Of a stretch of 64,000 nucleotides of DNA, positions 51,813 through 64,000 are shown in pieces. The DNA lies in NCBI RefSeq assembly GCF_006345805.1, contig NW_021831835.1:295-64294 (forward strand), written 5' to 3'. A model generated the notes under the pieces. That model saw only the letters and a list, made by a program, of their open reading frames with translations, was not told the DNA's origin and did not search any database. Both the position numbers and the translations under genes were made by a program. Position 1 is the first letter of the stretch; each line of letters begins with the position of its first letter. This DNA comes from Octopus sinensis. Its lineage: Eukaryota.

Positions 51813-54155
51813 CGGAGTCTCGCACGCTTGGAGTCCAACCGATTATATTTTTGTGTATCTTTCAAATGCCTTCACTTTGGCCGCGCTGAGATCGGAAAAA
51901 CCACCCAGCAGCTAATAAGTAGCAGCAGTCGATTTTCCGGTTAGAGAACATATTTATTTAATTTAAAATTTAATAAGGGTAGAAATTGATATTAATCAAT
52001 TAAAACCAGTGACCCAGCATATTAAAAAAATCCGAAGATTAAAATATTTTTACATACAAAATTTAAAGTGAAGGCATTTGAAAGATACACAAAAATATAA
52101 TCGGTTGGACTGCATGCATGCGAGACTCCGGTCAAATGTTTTTGCATCTAGTCCTGCAAATTGTATTTCTATATGACAGACCATGCTGACGAGATTGCAG
52201 TTTATCCTTGCGGATATTAACAATCGAAACTGATCAGTACATGGGTAATCATTTTTATTTCGTATATTTTCATTTGTCTTGCTTATTTTTAATGCTTTGG
52301 TTTTGTGTTGAGTTTTTATTTGAGAACATATTCTTTGTGGAAAATAGCGATTTGACGTCTATATCTAGCATGTTGACCGTCCACTTTTAGTGGTCAGTCC
52401 TTTAAATTATATATATATATATATGTTTTCTCTATAGCCGTCCATCAAAAATAAACATTCAGTTGTTTCGCGTAGAAACTACACACACTCACTCATAGAC
52501 ACAGTCAGAAACACACACACACACACACACACATACACACACATACAGAGGGGAGGACAGAGAGAGAGAGAGAGAGAGAGACAAAGAGACATGTATATGC
52601 TCTTGTTAAAACAGATGTATTTTATTATTGCTAAAGATGAATATTCTAAGTGTATTAAACTGTGTACGAATGTACGTACATACGTACGTAGGTATGTATA
52701 TTTTTATGTATATTTATATGTACATAAGTAGAGTGGAGACGCTTAAGGGGTGGGGAGTCTGTAACTGCCTATGTACAAGTTTGCATGAATATTCAAAATT
52801 TAAAATGTTGAAAGTTACGTTCGTGTATTTTCCGTCTCAATTGTCAAAGAGATCCAGCTTGTTCATGTGTAATTCAATGACGTAGATATTTATAAGTATA
52901 TTTCATTTATTTCTGCTTATTTATATATGCATATGTACATATATACATACATACATACATGCATACATACATTTATATAGGGTGTGTGTGTGTGTGTGTG
53001 TGTGTACGTTTATGTGCAGGTATGTACATATGTATATAGGTATCATGTTTGTACATCCGTATTTATATGTGTACATTTTGCGTATATATAATCATATATA
53101 TATATATATGCATACACATACATATATATCCATATATACACACACACACACGCACCTCCGCCCCACTCACACACACACGCACACTCAGATACACACACAC
53201 AACACACACACACACACACACACACACCATATATATATATATATATATATCATGAGCGTAGCCAGTTACATGAATTTCGTCAACAGACGCATGACTGTAT
53301 ATTAAGTACAATCAAACATAAATTCTTGATTTACTGAAAGTTGTCTTCCTCTCGAAAGCCAGTGGAAAAGTGACTGGTGGTATTTGCGACCGAATATGAA
53401 TCAGGAGGGACTCTCGTATAATTTCAAAACCGAAAATATTCCGTATTCAATATGAGATAAATGGTAAAGTAGTTTGTATTTTACTTTCCAAATGACGGAT
53501 GAACAGCTGTGGATACGATTTTAAACATGAATAGGCATCGCTAGCGCAGCAGTTTTCTACCTTGTATCCAACAGACATGACTGTTAGATGTTATACGAAT
53601 GTATCAAGTTCCATCTCATGGCAAAATGTGTAAAAACGCCATATCTGCTCAATGTTTCCTTCCAGCGGGTTCTCAGACGCGTGTCTGGTTCTTTAGGCTT
53701 CCTCTATGGCAAATACCGTAGAGAAATACCCCAGGTTGATTCAAAGACATACATTTAACTAAAATACAGCCATCACTAGTGACTGGGTTGTGCTAGTGGA
53801 CCTCCTGGTCGGAATAAGAAATACATTTTCTCCACGGTAATTGCCAGTGAATTTGTCTTTAGAAGTCAAAATAGGTCAGACATTTTAACTAACCTAAAGT
53901 TCGTTTATTCCTAGTCACTGCTTAGCGCTGGTGCTCTTACTCTTATTCCGACCAGGCAGTCTACTAATGTAACTCAGTCGATAATGCTGACTGGGTTTTA
54001 GTTAAAAGTAGGCTTTGAATATGCTCAGGGTCATCTCCTTTCAGTATTTTCTATAGAGGGAGAAGGGTAAAGAGCCAGAAATCCACTACAGCGAAGCACT
54101 GGTGAGATATGTTTTTACAGGTTTACCACAAGAAGGAATTTTTCTTCACGATATA

Positions 54156-54191
<36 letters not shown>

Positions 54192-54396
54192 TGTATGTAT
54201 GTATGTATGTATGTATGTATGTATGTTTGTATGTATGTATGTATGTATGTATGTATGTATGTATGTATATATGCATGAATGTATGTATATTTATATACGT
54301 ATGTATGTATGCATGTATGTATATATACATATATGTATGTGTATGTAAATATATATATATAACAATTTAGGAGTGACCTTAAAATATATATATATA

Positions 54397-54448
<52 letters not shown>

Positions 54449-54792
54449 ATATATAATGGCGGTGCCCCAGCATCGCCACAGCTCATGAGCTGAACTAGAT
54501 AAAATAAAATAAAATAAATACATACATGTATTATATATACATATGTATGTATATATGCACAAATACATATATATACATACATAGACATATATATATACAT
54601 ACATATATATGTATACACACACACACGTATGTAATGACTACTCGTACAGATCGGTATCTTAAGTTCGCCACATAAAGACCAAATAAGAGTCAATAATGAC
54701 AGTAGAATCAAAATAATATTTATTGGCAATGGTGACTATTCTCTGAAGTTTCTAGCCGCGAAACTTTGAAGTATACATTGATCTCTGATAAC

Positions 54793-54868
<76 letters not shown>

Positions 54869-54895
54869 TGTCTGTGTATGTGTGTGTGTGTGTCT

Positions 54896-54926
<31 letters not shown>

Positions 54927-55721
54927 AGTATGTGTGTGTAAGTATGTGTGTATATGTAGCTGTATGAATGACAGTATGTGTCTATGTTATTGAGTATGTT
55001 TGTTTGTTTTCAGATTTTTCGATGTTTCTACATCGAACTAATTTCTTTCTATTTTATTTTATGCTTCATTTCAATTTCATTAGGTATCGCCATGATATTT
55101 TCGTGTTCGTGTTCACAAACCTGAACAGGATAATTGTTAAACTTTTACCTCTGCTGGAGACGTTGCTTCGGCAATACGATCTGGGTCTGATATCATGTTA
55201 ATACGAATATTATACTTATGATCGCCCTCATTGCGTGGGAAACATATAGTCTACCTAAAACACCACTGATGTTGAAATTTCCTGTAACTTTGAGCTGTTT
55301 CCGAGTTAATAATACTTCTATCTTCATATGTTCTCGAGTACAAAGAAAAGCTGAAAGATGTTTTAGGATTTAGGTGTTATTGTAACGGTACTTCCTTTCT
55401 AGAATAAATGAGGCAATTTTAAAGTGGTTTTGCAGGATTGGAATCTCATGCTGCTCGACATTCTGTGATATGGTAAATGACAGGATGTCATGTTTAAAAT
55501 TAGAACAAGAAAAAGAATTCCAAATTATGTTATTGTTAAAAACAATCATGCATAATATTTTCTTGTATTTCTAAAAGTGTAATAGAATTGTTATCTACTT
55601 AATTAGATAGCATTTATGGCTCCATTAAAATATCCAACTCATAGGTCGTAGAATATGTAGAATTATTTACTTCATACATCAGAGATCAGGAAGACCATAG
55701 TAACTGTTGTATTTGACACAC

Positions 55722-55786
<65 letters not shown>

Positions 55787-55809
55787 CTATGTATACACAC
55801 ACTCACATA

Positions 55810-55847
<38 letters not shown>

Positions 55848-55851
<4 letters not shown>

Positions 55852-56469
55852 GATGAATATGGTACTTAAGTTGAGGCACCAGAATTTAGTATGGTATTAT
55901 CCAGACAATTTCAAAATAAGGTGATTAAAATCAAAATAAGCAACAGAGGTAATGCATTACGAGCGTTTCATGCGACTCCATTTAATTGAACAATGCAATC
56001 ATTTCATTACATCAATTTAAAATCTAGAGCAATCTTCAACTGCACAGGACATTGAATTTAATTAAATTAGAAGGACGCATTAGTATAATTTTACCCAAGG
56101 AATCGCATATTACCTCATGCGAAAAAGAAAGCTCGTTTTCATCGCGTGAATATACACAAATTACGCATTAAAAAAAAACATTCTCCAAATCACCACTTTG
56201 TGCCACTTAGTGATTCTCTGACTAGTTGTAGTCAAAAGAACTAATTCGCTCGCTCAAGTTAATATAGGAAAAATGTTATGGTGACAGGAAGGGAGGTGGA
56301 GTGCTTATATATATATATCTGTCTATCTATCTATACATACATACATACATACATACATACATACATACATACATACAAAAACATACATACATACATACAT
56401 ACATACGTAAATACATACATACATACATACCTAAACATACACCACACACACACCACACACAACACACAT

Positions 56470-56505
<36 letters not shown>

Positions 56506-56995
56506 TTCAGCAAAATTTAGATTCAGATGAATATGGTACTTAAGTTAAAGGCACCAGAATTTTGTATGGTATTATCCATATAAGTCAAATAGGGTGATTA
56601 TAATCAAAATAAGCAACAAGGATATCCAACGTAGAGTAGTACAGTTCTTTCATGCTACTTCATTTTATTAAACACTGTAAGTCTTACATCAGTCTTAAAA
56701 TGTCGAGCAATCTTCAGCCACATATAGAAATTTTTTAATTAAACGGACCATGCACATTCTTATACTTTTCTTATACCTACCTCTCTGTCCATATATCTAC
56801 CCTCTTTGTAATGTTGGCAAATGAGATAAGTATAAAAATGTGCATTGTCCGTTTAATTGAAAAATTCTATATGTGGCTGAAGATTGCTCGCCATTTTAAA
56901 ACTGATGTAATACTTACAGTGTTTAATAAAATGAAGTAGCATGAAGCAATTGCTCTACTCTACCTTGGATATCCTTGTTGCTTATTTTGATTATA
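55848..56995. mobile_element. Cluster of three copies of a hammerhead-bearing PLE-type repeat, two forming a palindrome
   Basis: 55848-56090 resembles 56521-56767; 56599-56767 is inverted at 56828-56995; CTGAAGA/TTGAAGA...GAAA cores. Confidence 0.65.
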
Positions 56996-57461
56996 TGTAT
57001 ATATATATATATACATCAATAATACAGTGATTGTTTCTTATCAGGAACAAAATGTTTAATAGAACTGCTATAGAAGTGCTCAATTAAATGAGACAAAAAA
57101 TATTCCCATACCCTCGAATAATGCATACATGACCTGTATATCCTATGATTAAATGTTCGAGATATGAAATGTTACGTGGATGACCTTGTATTTGTTGGTT
57201 CTGCAACCATAGTTTAATGTATATAAATACATACATACATACATACATACATACATACAAGAGCGCATTACGGAATCTTATCGTAAAACAACATCCCGTA
57301 CAGCGAAATCAAATCTCTGAATGACTTTCATATTATATGGCGTAATGCCTTCCGTCGGATTTTTTAAACAGTACCAACGATCAAGCAACACGGAATGCTT
57401 TATGTAGCAAAACAATCTCTAAATATACACTGTGCAAAATGTATGCATAAAGACATTTGGA

Positions 57462-58030
57462 AATAAGAGCACTTAGAGAGCGCAAACCTCCGCCAAGATA
57501 ACACCAACGTCCTCTCAATGAATTTTAAGATGAGAATATCTTAAATAAACTCGACTGCTCTTACAAACGAGAATACCAATAATGAACACGACCACTCTCA
57601 AAAATTAAGTAAAAAAAAAAACGAGAAAATAATGAAGAATCCTTGTCCGGTACCAAATCAATTCCAATGGTAGTCATGGAATGTAGAAAATTTATTAATA
57701 GCAATAAATAGTTTAACTTTATCTAATACAAGCCAAAGTTAACAAATTCACTATTCAAAATAGCTACCACGAAAAGGGAGATAATTGAGAAAGACTTCAA
57801 AGGTAACGTAAGATGGTAATCAAGTAAAGTAAATATAAGAAATAACCCAGAATCCTTGTCCGGTACCGGATTGATCCCAAAGTCTAATCAATTCGTGCCA
57901 GTCACGAGGCCGAACATCCTTGAAAGTTTCGTCCGAATCTATCTAGCGGTTCTGGAGGTATCTTGTCCACGGACAAACAAACAAACACAACTGAAAATAA
58001 AACCTCCGCCTTCGCCAAGGAGGAGGAAAT
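57462..58030 (+). mobile_element. Helentron/HINE-like non-autonomous element
   Basis: AACCTCCGCC near 5' end (57485) and 3' terminal hairpin CCTCCGCCTT-CGCC-AAGGAGGAGG; ACAAACAAAC microsatellite near 3' end; internal repeat GAATCCTTGTCCGGTACC. Confidence 0.5.
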
Positions 58031-58101
58031 AAATACGAGAGGCATTGTAGATGTTTTGAGTTGTTTTTTTAGCTGCGGTGGTTATAAATATTCTAGATAA
58101 C

Positions 58102-58206
58102 TTATTTACATTATTTACATTATTTACTTTCGAATGATATTTGTCCTCATCTTGTTTGTTGTTAAGATATTTTTCGATGTTGTTGTTGTCGTTGTTATTA
58201 TTATTA

Positions 58207-58248
<42 letters not shown>

Positions 58249-58593
58249 GTGTTCAGGTCACTGCTTGGAATCGAACTCGGAATCTTTGGGTTAGTAGCCC
58301 GCGCTCTTAACCACCACGCCATATGCCCGTGGGCATTTTGGCATAATAATGATAATAATAATTATTATAATAATAATAATAATAACAACAACAACAACAT
58401 CGAAAAATACCTTAGGAATGAGAACCCAGGTTCGAAATTTTCCCAAGACACTTGAAGAAGGCTGGAGGATATATCAGCCGAAACGTTGTGTCAACAACAA
58501 ACAAGATGAGGGCAAATATCCGTCGAATGTAAATAATGTAAATAATGTAAATAATATACAAAATTCCCCATCTCTTAAATATAGAAGTGTATT
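58102..58593. mobile_element. Inverted pair of PLE-type terminal repeats around a tRNA-like SINE head
   Basis: Minus partial copy 58102-58188, tRNA-like head 58255-58327 (minus), plus copy 58385-58593 with hammerhead-like motif 58447-58492. Confidence 0.7.
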
Positions 58594-58729
58594 CTAGATT
58601 ACTGTGATTTTAGTATATATTTTTCTATTACTGACTGAAGAAGACTGTTGTAGCAGGACTTCGAACACATTCTACGTAATACAGCGTACCATAACTGGGC
58701 AGTTTTCAGTATGCAGTTGTGAGGCGTCG

Positions 58730-58858
58730 TTGCTCGCTATGCAATTATGTTTTGTTTTAAACGGGACAAAAACGCTACAGAAAATTATGAAATGATCCAG
58801 ACTACTTATGGATTAATTTGTATGAGCCGAACTCTCTGCTTTTCGCGGCATAAGAGGC
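58730..58858 (+). pseudogene. mariner transposase N-terminal fragment
   Basis: RYAIMFCFKRDKNATENYEMIQTTYG..MSRTLCFSRHKR resembles mariner HTH1. Confidence 0.6.
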
Positions 58859-58916
58859 AAGACAAAATATATCCACCAGGACTTCTACTGGGTTCCCTTT
58901 GGTCAGATAGTCAACA

Positions 58917-58948
<32 letters not shown>

Positions 58949-59370
58949 TATAATATATATATATATTATATATATAATATATATATATATACAACACAAT
59001 TTATAAGTAGGGCAAAAGAAAAAATTTCTAATGCCATATATGCCGAAAATAGACACCACATCAATAACCATGTAGACGTTGTGTCTATTTCGGCATATTT
59101 TTGCATTAGAAATTTTTTTTCTTTGTCCTTACTTATAAATTGTTTATAAATTTAACCTTTAAAGGTTTTTTTAATATGCTGGCCATGATAGAATTTTTTT
59201 CGAAAAAATTTTATCCTATATTATATATATATATATATTGAACAATGTCAAGAGTAATCAGCCGAAATTGTGAGGATGATCCGGTTCTTGATGAAGATTA
59301 AAGGCTTCTACGTGTTTTTTGTATCGTCTTCTGGATGTTTTGTGCTCTGGTCCCATTTTGCATTTGATAT

Positions 59371-59417
<47 letters not shown>

Positions 59418-59934
59418 CACACCACAATATACCAGACAGTGTCCGCATTATCCTCAGAAGACAATGTTCTGCTCGAAGCTGCCACGCAGCAGAAATGTAC
59501 CAGAAATTACATCGTTGCAAAGTGAGTTTCTTAATTAAACAGACGATTGGTAAAGAGGACTGAAAATCCAGTACCCTTAATACACTCTCGGTTTCATAGT
59601 TATTGTCTTCGAACTACATGGTAAGTATCTTTGTGCCTGTATTAACATATCACTAGACTTTTATGATCGAGAAGCGAACGCAACAGCGTATTGCATAATT
59701 TGTAGTTCATTGCTATATTGGGAAAAAAATAAACTGCAAAACTTTAAAATATAAACGATCAATGATAATTCACACGATTAAGAGCAGAAAGACATAGAAT
59801 AGTTAAATAGATATGACAGGATGAAGGTGGGATATCAAAATAAACAACTTTTATTTGAAAGAGAAAACGTTCATACGTATACATAGATTTTATATAAATA
59901 TACATTTACATATGAGTATGTAATAATACTACAT

Positions 59935-59935
59935 A

Positions 59936-60012
<77 letters not shown>

Positions 60013-60088
60013 TAGATAGATAGATAGATAGATAGATAGTAGATAGTAGATAAGAATAGATAGATTAGATAGATAGTAGATGATAGAT

Positions 60089-60131
<43 letters not shown>

Positions 60132-60135
60132 CAAT
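59935..60135. repeat. (TAGA)n microsatellite
   Basis: Direct inspection. Confidence 0.95.
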
Positions 60136-60302
60136 TTGTTAAAATCTATATTGCAAATTTCCATGTTTATAAATATAGGTATAATTGCAAATAATAATGT
60201 ATAATACACAATCAATATACCAGTTGGAATACAATAAGATTAAATATTATTTCCTGAACAATACCGTAAATTGTTTGAGATTAATTCCATTCGCTTCTTC
60301 AT

Positions 60303-60389
<87 letters not shown>

Positions 60390-60597
60390 TACATATATAT
60401 TTGTATATATATGAATATGCATATATATGTATATATATGCTATGTATATATATATATATTTATAATATACTATGTGTGTGTGTGTGTGTGTATATACATA
60501 CATAATATGTACATACGCATATATGCATATTGGTGTTTATTTCTCTTACTATATATTCATATATACTATTATCCATATATTATTTATATCTATCAAT

Positions 60598-60656
<59 letters not shown>

Positions 60657-60708
60657 ATATATATATGTATGAATATATATATATAACACACACACACACA
60701 CACACAAC

Positions 60709-60744
<36 letters not shown>

Positions 60745-60767
60745 GGGTATGTATATATATATATATA

Positions 60768-60813
<46 letters not shown>

Positions 60814-61560
60814 CTCACCTCAGTAATTATAAGATTGTGTTTCCTCATATAATTGATTTGGCAGAGAAACAATTTTACCCATATCCCCACAGATACACAC
60901 ACACACACACATACATAAGTATGTATGTATGTTTGTGTATTTGCTCTCCACCATTGCTTGACAATCGGTGTTGTCAAGTAATGGTGATGCGCAAACAAAT
61001 ACAAATATACACAAATGTACACACACGTAGGCCCCATCAATATCTAGCAATCTATATATATTTTTTGAACTGATTGCAAAAGTTAATTACTATAATGAAC
61101 ACGTATGAGTAATTCAAAATTATATTTAAATTATTTGTATAAATACCCTCCTTTTAAGACGGCGTATACAAACATTAGGATTTGAGTTGAAACTTGCCAT
61201 AACTAACAAGTTAATTAATACGCTTTTAAGTTATGTTTGTTTGAATTAATTGTTAGATAGAAAGATAGATAGATAGATAGATAGGTAATAAAATAGATAT
61301 TTCGTTTTGGATTTAGTTTACAAGATTCTTTATGTGAGTTCGTGTGCTGAAGCATATTCTGTTGTGTCTGGGGAGAGTCATTTTCTTTTTGTGCCTTATA
61401 AGTTAACACACTCACCGGTAAATTTTCCAGTTATTTCTTATTTTATTTTCCTAAAATTTTCGTTGCGTCTTGCAACCTTTTCAATATACCTACATAAAGA
61501 ATTATATATATATATTTATGTGAACGAACTTTGTTGTGTTTTTTTTAATAGAAGCATCGA

Positions 61561-61595
<35 letters not shown>

Positions 61596-61681
61596 GGATA
61601 ATACCATACTAAATTCTGTACGGCTTTAACATATGTACCATATTCATCAGAATCTAAATTTTACTGGACGGACGGACGGAC

Positions 61682-61720
<39 letters not shown>

Positions 61721-62179
61721 ATATGTGTGTCGTTTTGAGCAGACAAGAAGGTAATATTTGGAATGCAGCATAGCCGTGAAAATAGCAGGAAGATTGGGTG
61801 TTATTACCGTTATAAGACGGAGGAAAAAAACTGATTGTCAAGAGATACGTACGTAACTCGATCCTCACACCTCTCCGTTTACAGTACCCCACTCTACCAT
61901 TAGTCTAAACTACCAACTGACAGCCGGAGATGTCAAATTAAGCGCCAAATACACATGTTGCTGTTGCATTTCAAAAAGTTATGTATTAGGCGCTTAATTT
62001 GAGGGTGATTACTGTTAGTTTAGCTTAACGATAGGGTTCTCAGTCGGTATTGGAGGGGTGCAGGTTCGAATCCCGTGGCTGTGTGCTGATAACTCCAGAC
62101 CGCCCCCACCCACATATTATAAGATTTATAATACCCGCCGATCTTTCTGCCGTTTTCACGACTATACTGCGTTCGCAAT

Positions 62180-62385
62180 ATTACTTTCTTCAGTTCTATA
62201 TTTAAGAGATGAGGAATTATGTACATTTTTTACATTATTTACATTCGACGGGTAATTATTTGCCCTAAGCTTGTTTGTTGTTAACACAACGTTTCAGCTG
62301 GTATACCCTCCAGCCTTCTTCATGTGTCTTGGGGAAATTTCGAACCTGGGTTCTCATTCCTAAGGTATTTTTCGATATTGCTGTT
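62180..62385 (-). mobile_element. PLE-type terminal repeat (same family as 58385) with hammerhead-like motif
   Basis: ACAC-ATGAAGA-AGGCTGG..CCAGCT-GAAAC-GTT-GTGT at 62328-62283. Confidence 0.7.
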
Positions 62386-62427
62386 GTTGTTGTTATTATT
62401 ATTATTAATATTATTATTATTATTATT

Positions 62428-62863
62428 GAGTGAGAGAGCAGTTCATGCCATCAAAGTGACACGGGGGTAAAATATACGAAGCCCAATATACCCATCATGA
62501 CTACCGTCTGATAAGGGTACACCAGGCACATGATCACAACCATATGTGCGCGACATGGTGATCTCATATCAAGATAAACAGCACATGACCTTGCAGGTGG
62601 GGCCCAGTTAGAATTTTCTCAGGTTGAGTAGCCCATCCCGCTCAAAAGGTCCCTGATAAGGGTTGTGTAAGGATGTTGAAAGAACCACCCATGTTTCCAG
62701 AGGTGAATTATTCAAACCCCAAAGAATCCCTCTCAACACATGGCTATGATGCTCCCCCACTACTTCTGCTCGTGATCAGAGATGCACATATCGTCAGCCA
62801 CTAAGGGACATGCTCAACTAGTTAAGATCAAACAACTGACAAGCAAATCTGTGGTATTGAGCA
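62428..62863. mobile_element. Family D repeat, longest copy, flanked by (ATT)n
   Basis: Matches 13501, 14142 and 14393 copies. Confidence 0.8.
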
Positions 62864-62892
62864 ATTATTATTATTATATAATATAATTATTA

Positions 62893-62943
<51 letters not shown>

Positions 62944-63099
62944 CATTATTATTATTATTAATATTATTATTATATTATTATGTTCATAGTCAGCTGCACC
63001 AAGCTCACGACCTTTAGAAGGATTAGGTAAAACTTCCATATTTAGCTCTATTATCATCTCCCAGTGATCTAAGCAATAGCAATATAGGTCTTGCATATG

Positions 63100-63312
63100 G
63101 CAGCGAGCTGGCAGAAACGCTAGTATGCCGGGCGAAAATACTTAGCAGTATTTCGCCTGTCTTACGTTCCCAGTTCAAATTCCGCCAAGATCGACTTTAC
63201 CTTTCATCCTATCAGGGTCGATGAATTCAGTACCAGTTGCGTACTGGTGTCGATCTAATCGACTGGCTCTCTCCCTTAAAAGTTCGGGCCTTATGCCTAG
63301 AGTAGAAAACAT
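63100..63312 (+). mobile_element. SINE family B
   Basis: GGCAGCGAGCTGGCAGAAAC...GTTCAAATTCCGCC. Confidence 0.8.
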
Positions 63313-64000
63313 TATATGGTCTTGCATTATTGTATAACATCGAAATGATATTAAATTTAATTTTAAATGTCAATCAGATCATAATTAAGCAGCAGCCTCC
63401 CTACTCTTTCGCGGAAACTTCAGCCATCACAATCACCACACAACATTTTAAACAAATTTTATACCTTTGTATCTATATCTTCCATCAGCTATTCATCTGC
63501 TTTTCTTGTCATTCATCCATATTTAACCAGAAATTATTTTACTTACGTTACTATATATTCATAAATTGCAAATAATGAATCGATTATACCACACTTTGTA
63601 TTTCAGCCGAGCTGCTACCTTCCACATTACCCCCCCACACACACACACATACACTCACATACACAAATGAACAATTCAGACGCAGAAACACGAGCATGTG
63701 TGAAACTATATATAACTATGTAAAGGTTGAGAGAATGTGAGTTACTAAAGATATTTGGAGTCGTGGATTTATTCGCACGTTTGCGCAGATTCACGTCAAA
63801 ACACTCATACACAGAGCTATTTAACACATGGTACACACACACACACGCACACGCACACACATACACACAGGAAGAAAGAGGGAGAGAGAGAGAAAGAAAG
63901 ATTATTACTAAACATATGTTTGCATAATATGTGTGCGTATACAGACATATACAAACGTCTTTATACATACCTGCATACACATACAATGAATTTGATCAAA

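Noticed and set aside
58255-58327. tRNA gene (also heads at 21854, 35118, 61853, 62015)
   Set aside because: A/B boxes are present but acceptor and anticodon stems do not pair; SINE-type heads
59450-59515. CAGAAGA...GAAATGTA hammerhead-like string
   Set aside because: Core mutated and no stem I pairing

Overview
AT-rich, microsatellite-saturated eukaryotic DNA. The SINE families resemble those I recall from Octopus (coleoid cephalopod); that assignment is inference. No intact host gene can be demonstrated: almost every listed ORF is a translation of (TA)n, (TG)n, (AAT)n, (GAA)n or (TACA)n tracts. Recognisable coding content is transposon-derived: one open Penelope-like (PLE) GIY-YIG endonuclease ORF without RT (4247-5212, minus), four mariner relics (one full-length with TIRs and TA TSD at 45552-46839), an L1/Tx1 3' fragment, a CR1-type RT fragment and a Helentron-like non-autonomous element. 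Three tRNA-derived SINE families are abundant, some in head-to-tail arrays. The most notable signals are (i) about nine minimal type-I hammerhead-ribozyme-like motifs of several PLE-type families, one with a fully intact core and an ~80-nt extended stem II (1770-1885), some in inverted pairs; (ii) about ten fold-back inverted repeats; (iii) a few isolated, unproven plus-strand exon candidates. All structures were read by eye; nothing was computed or searched.
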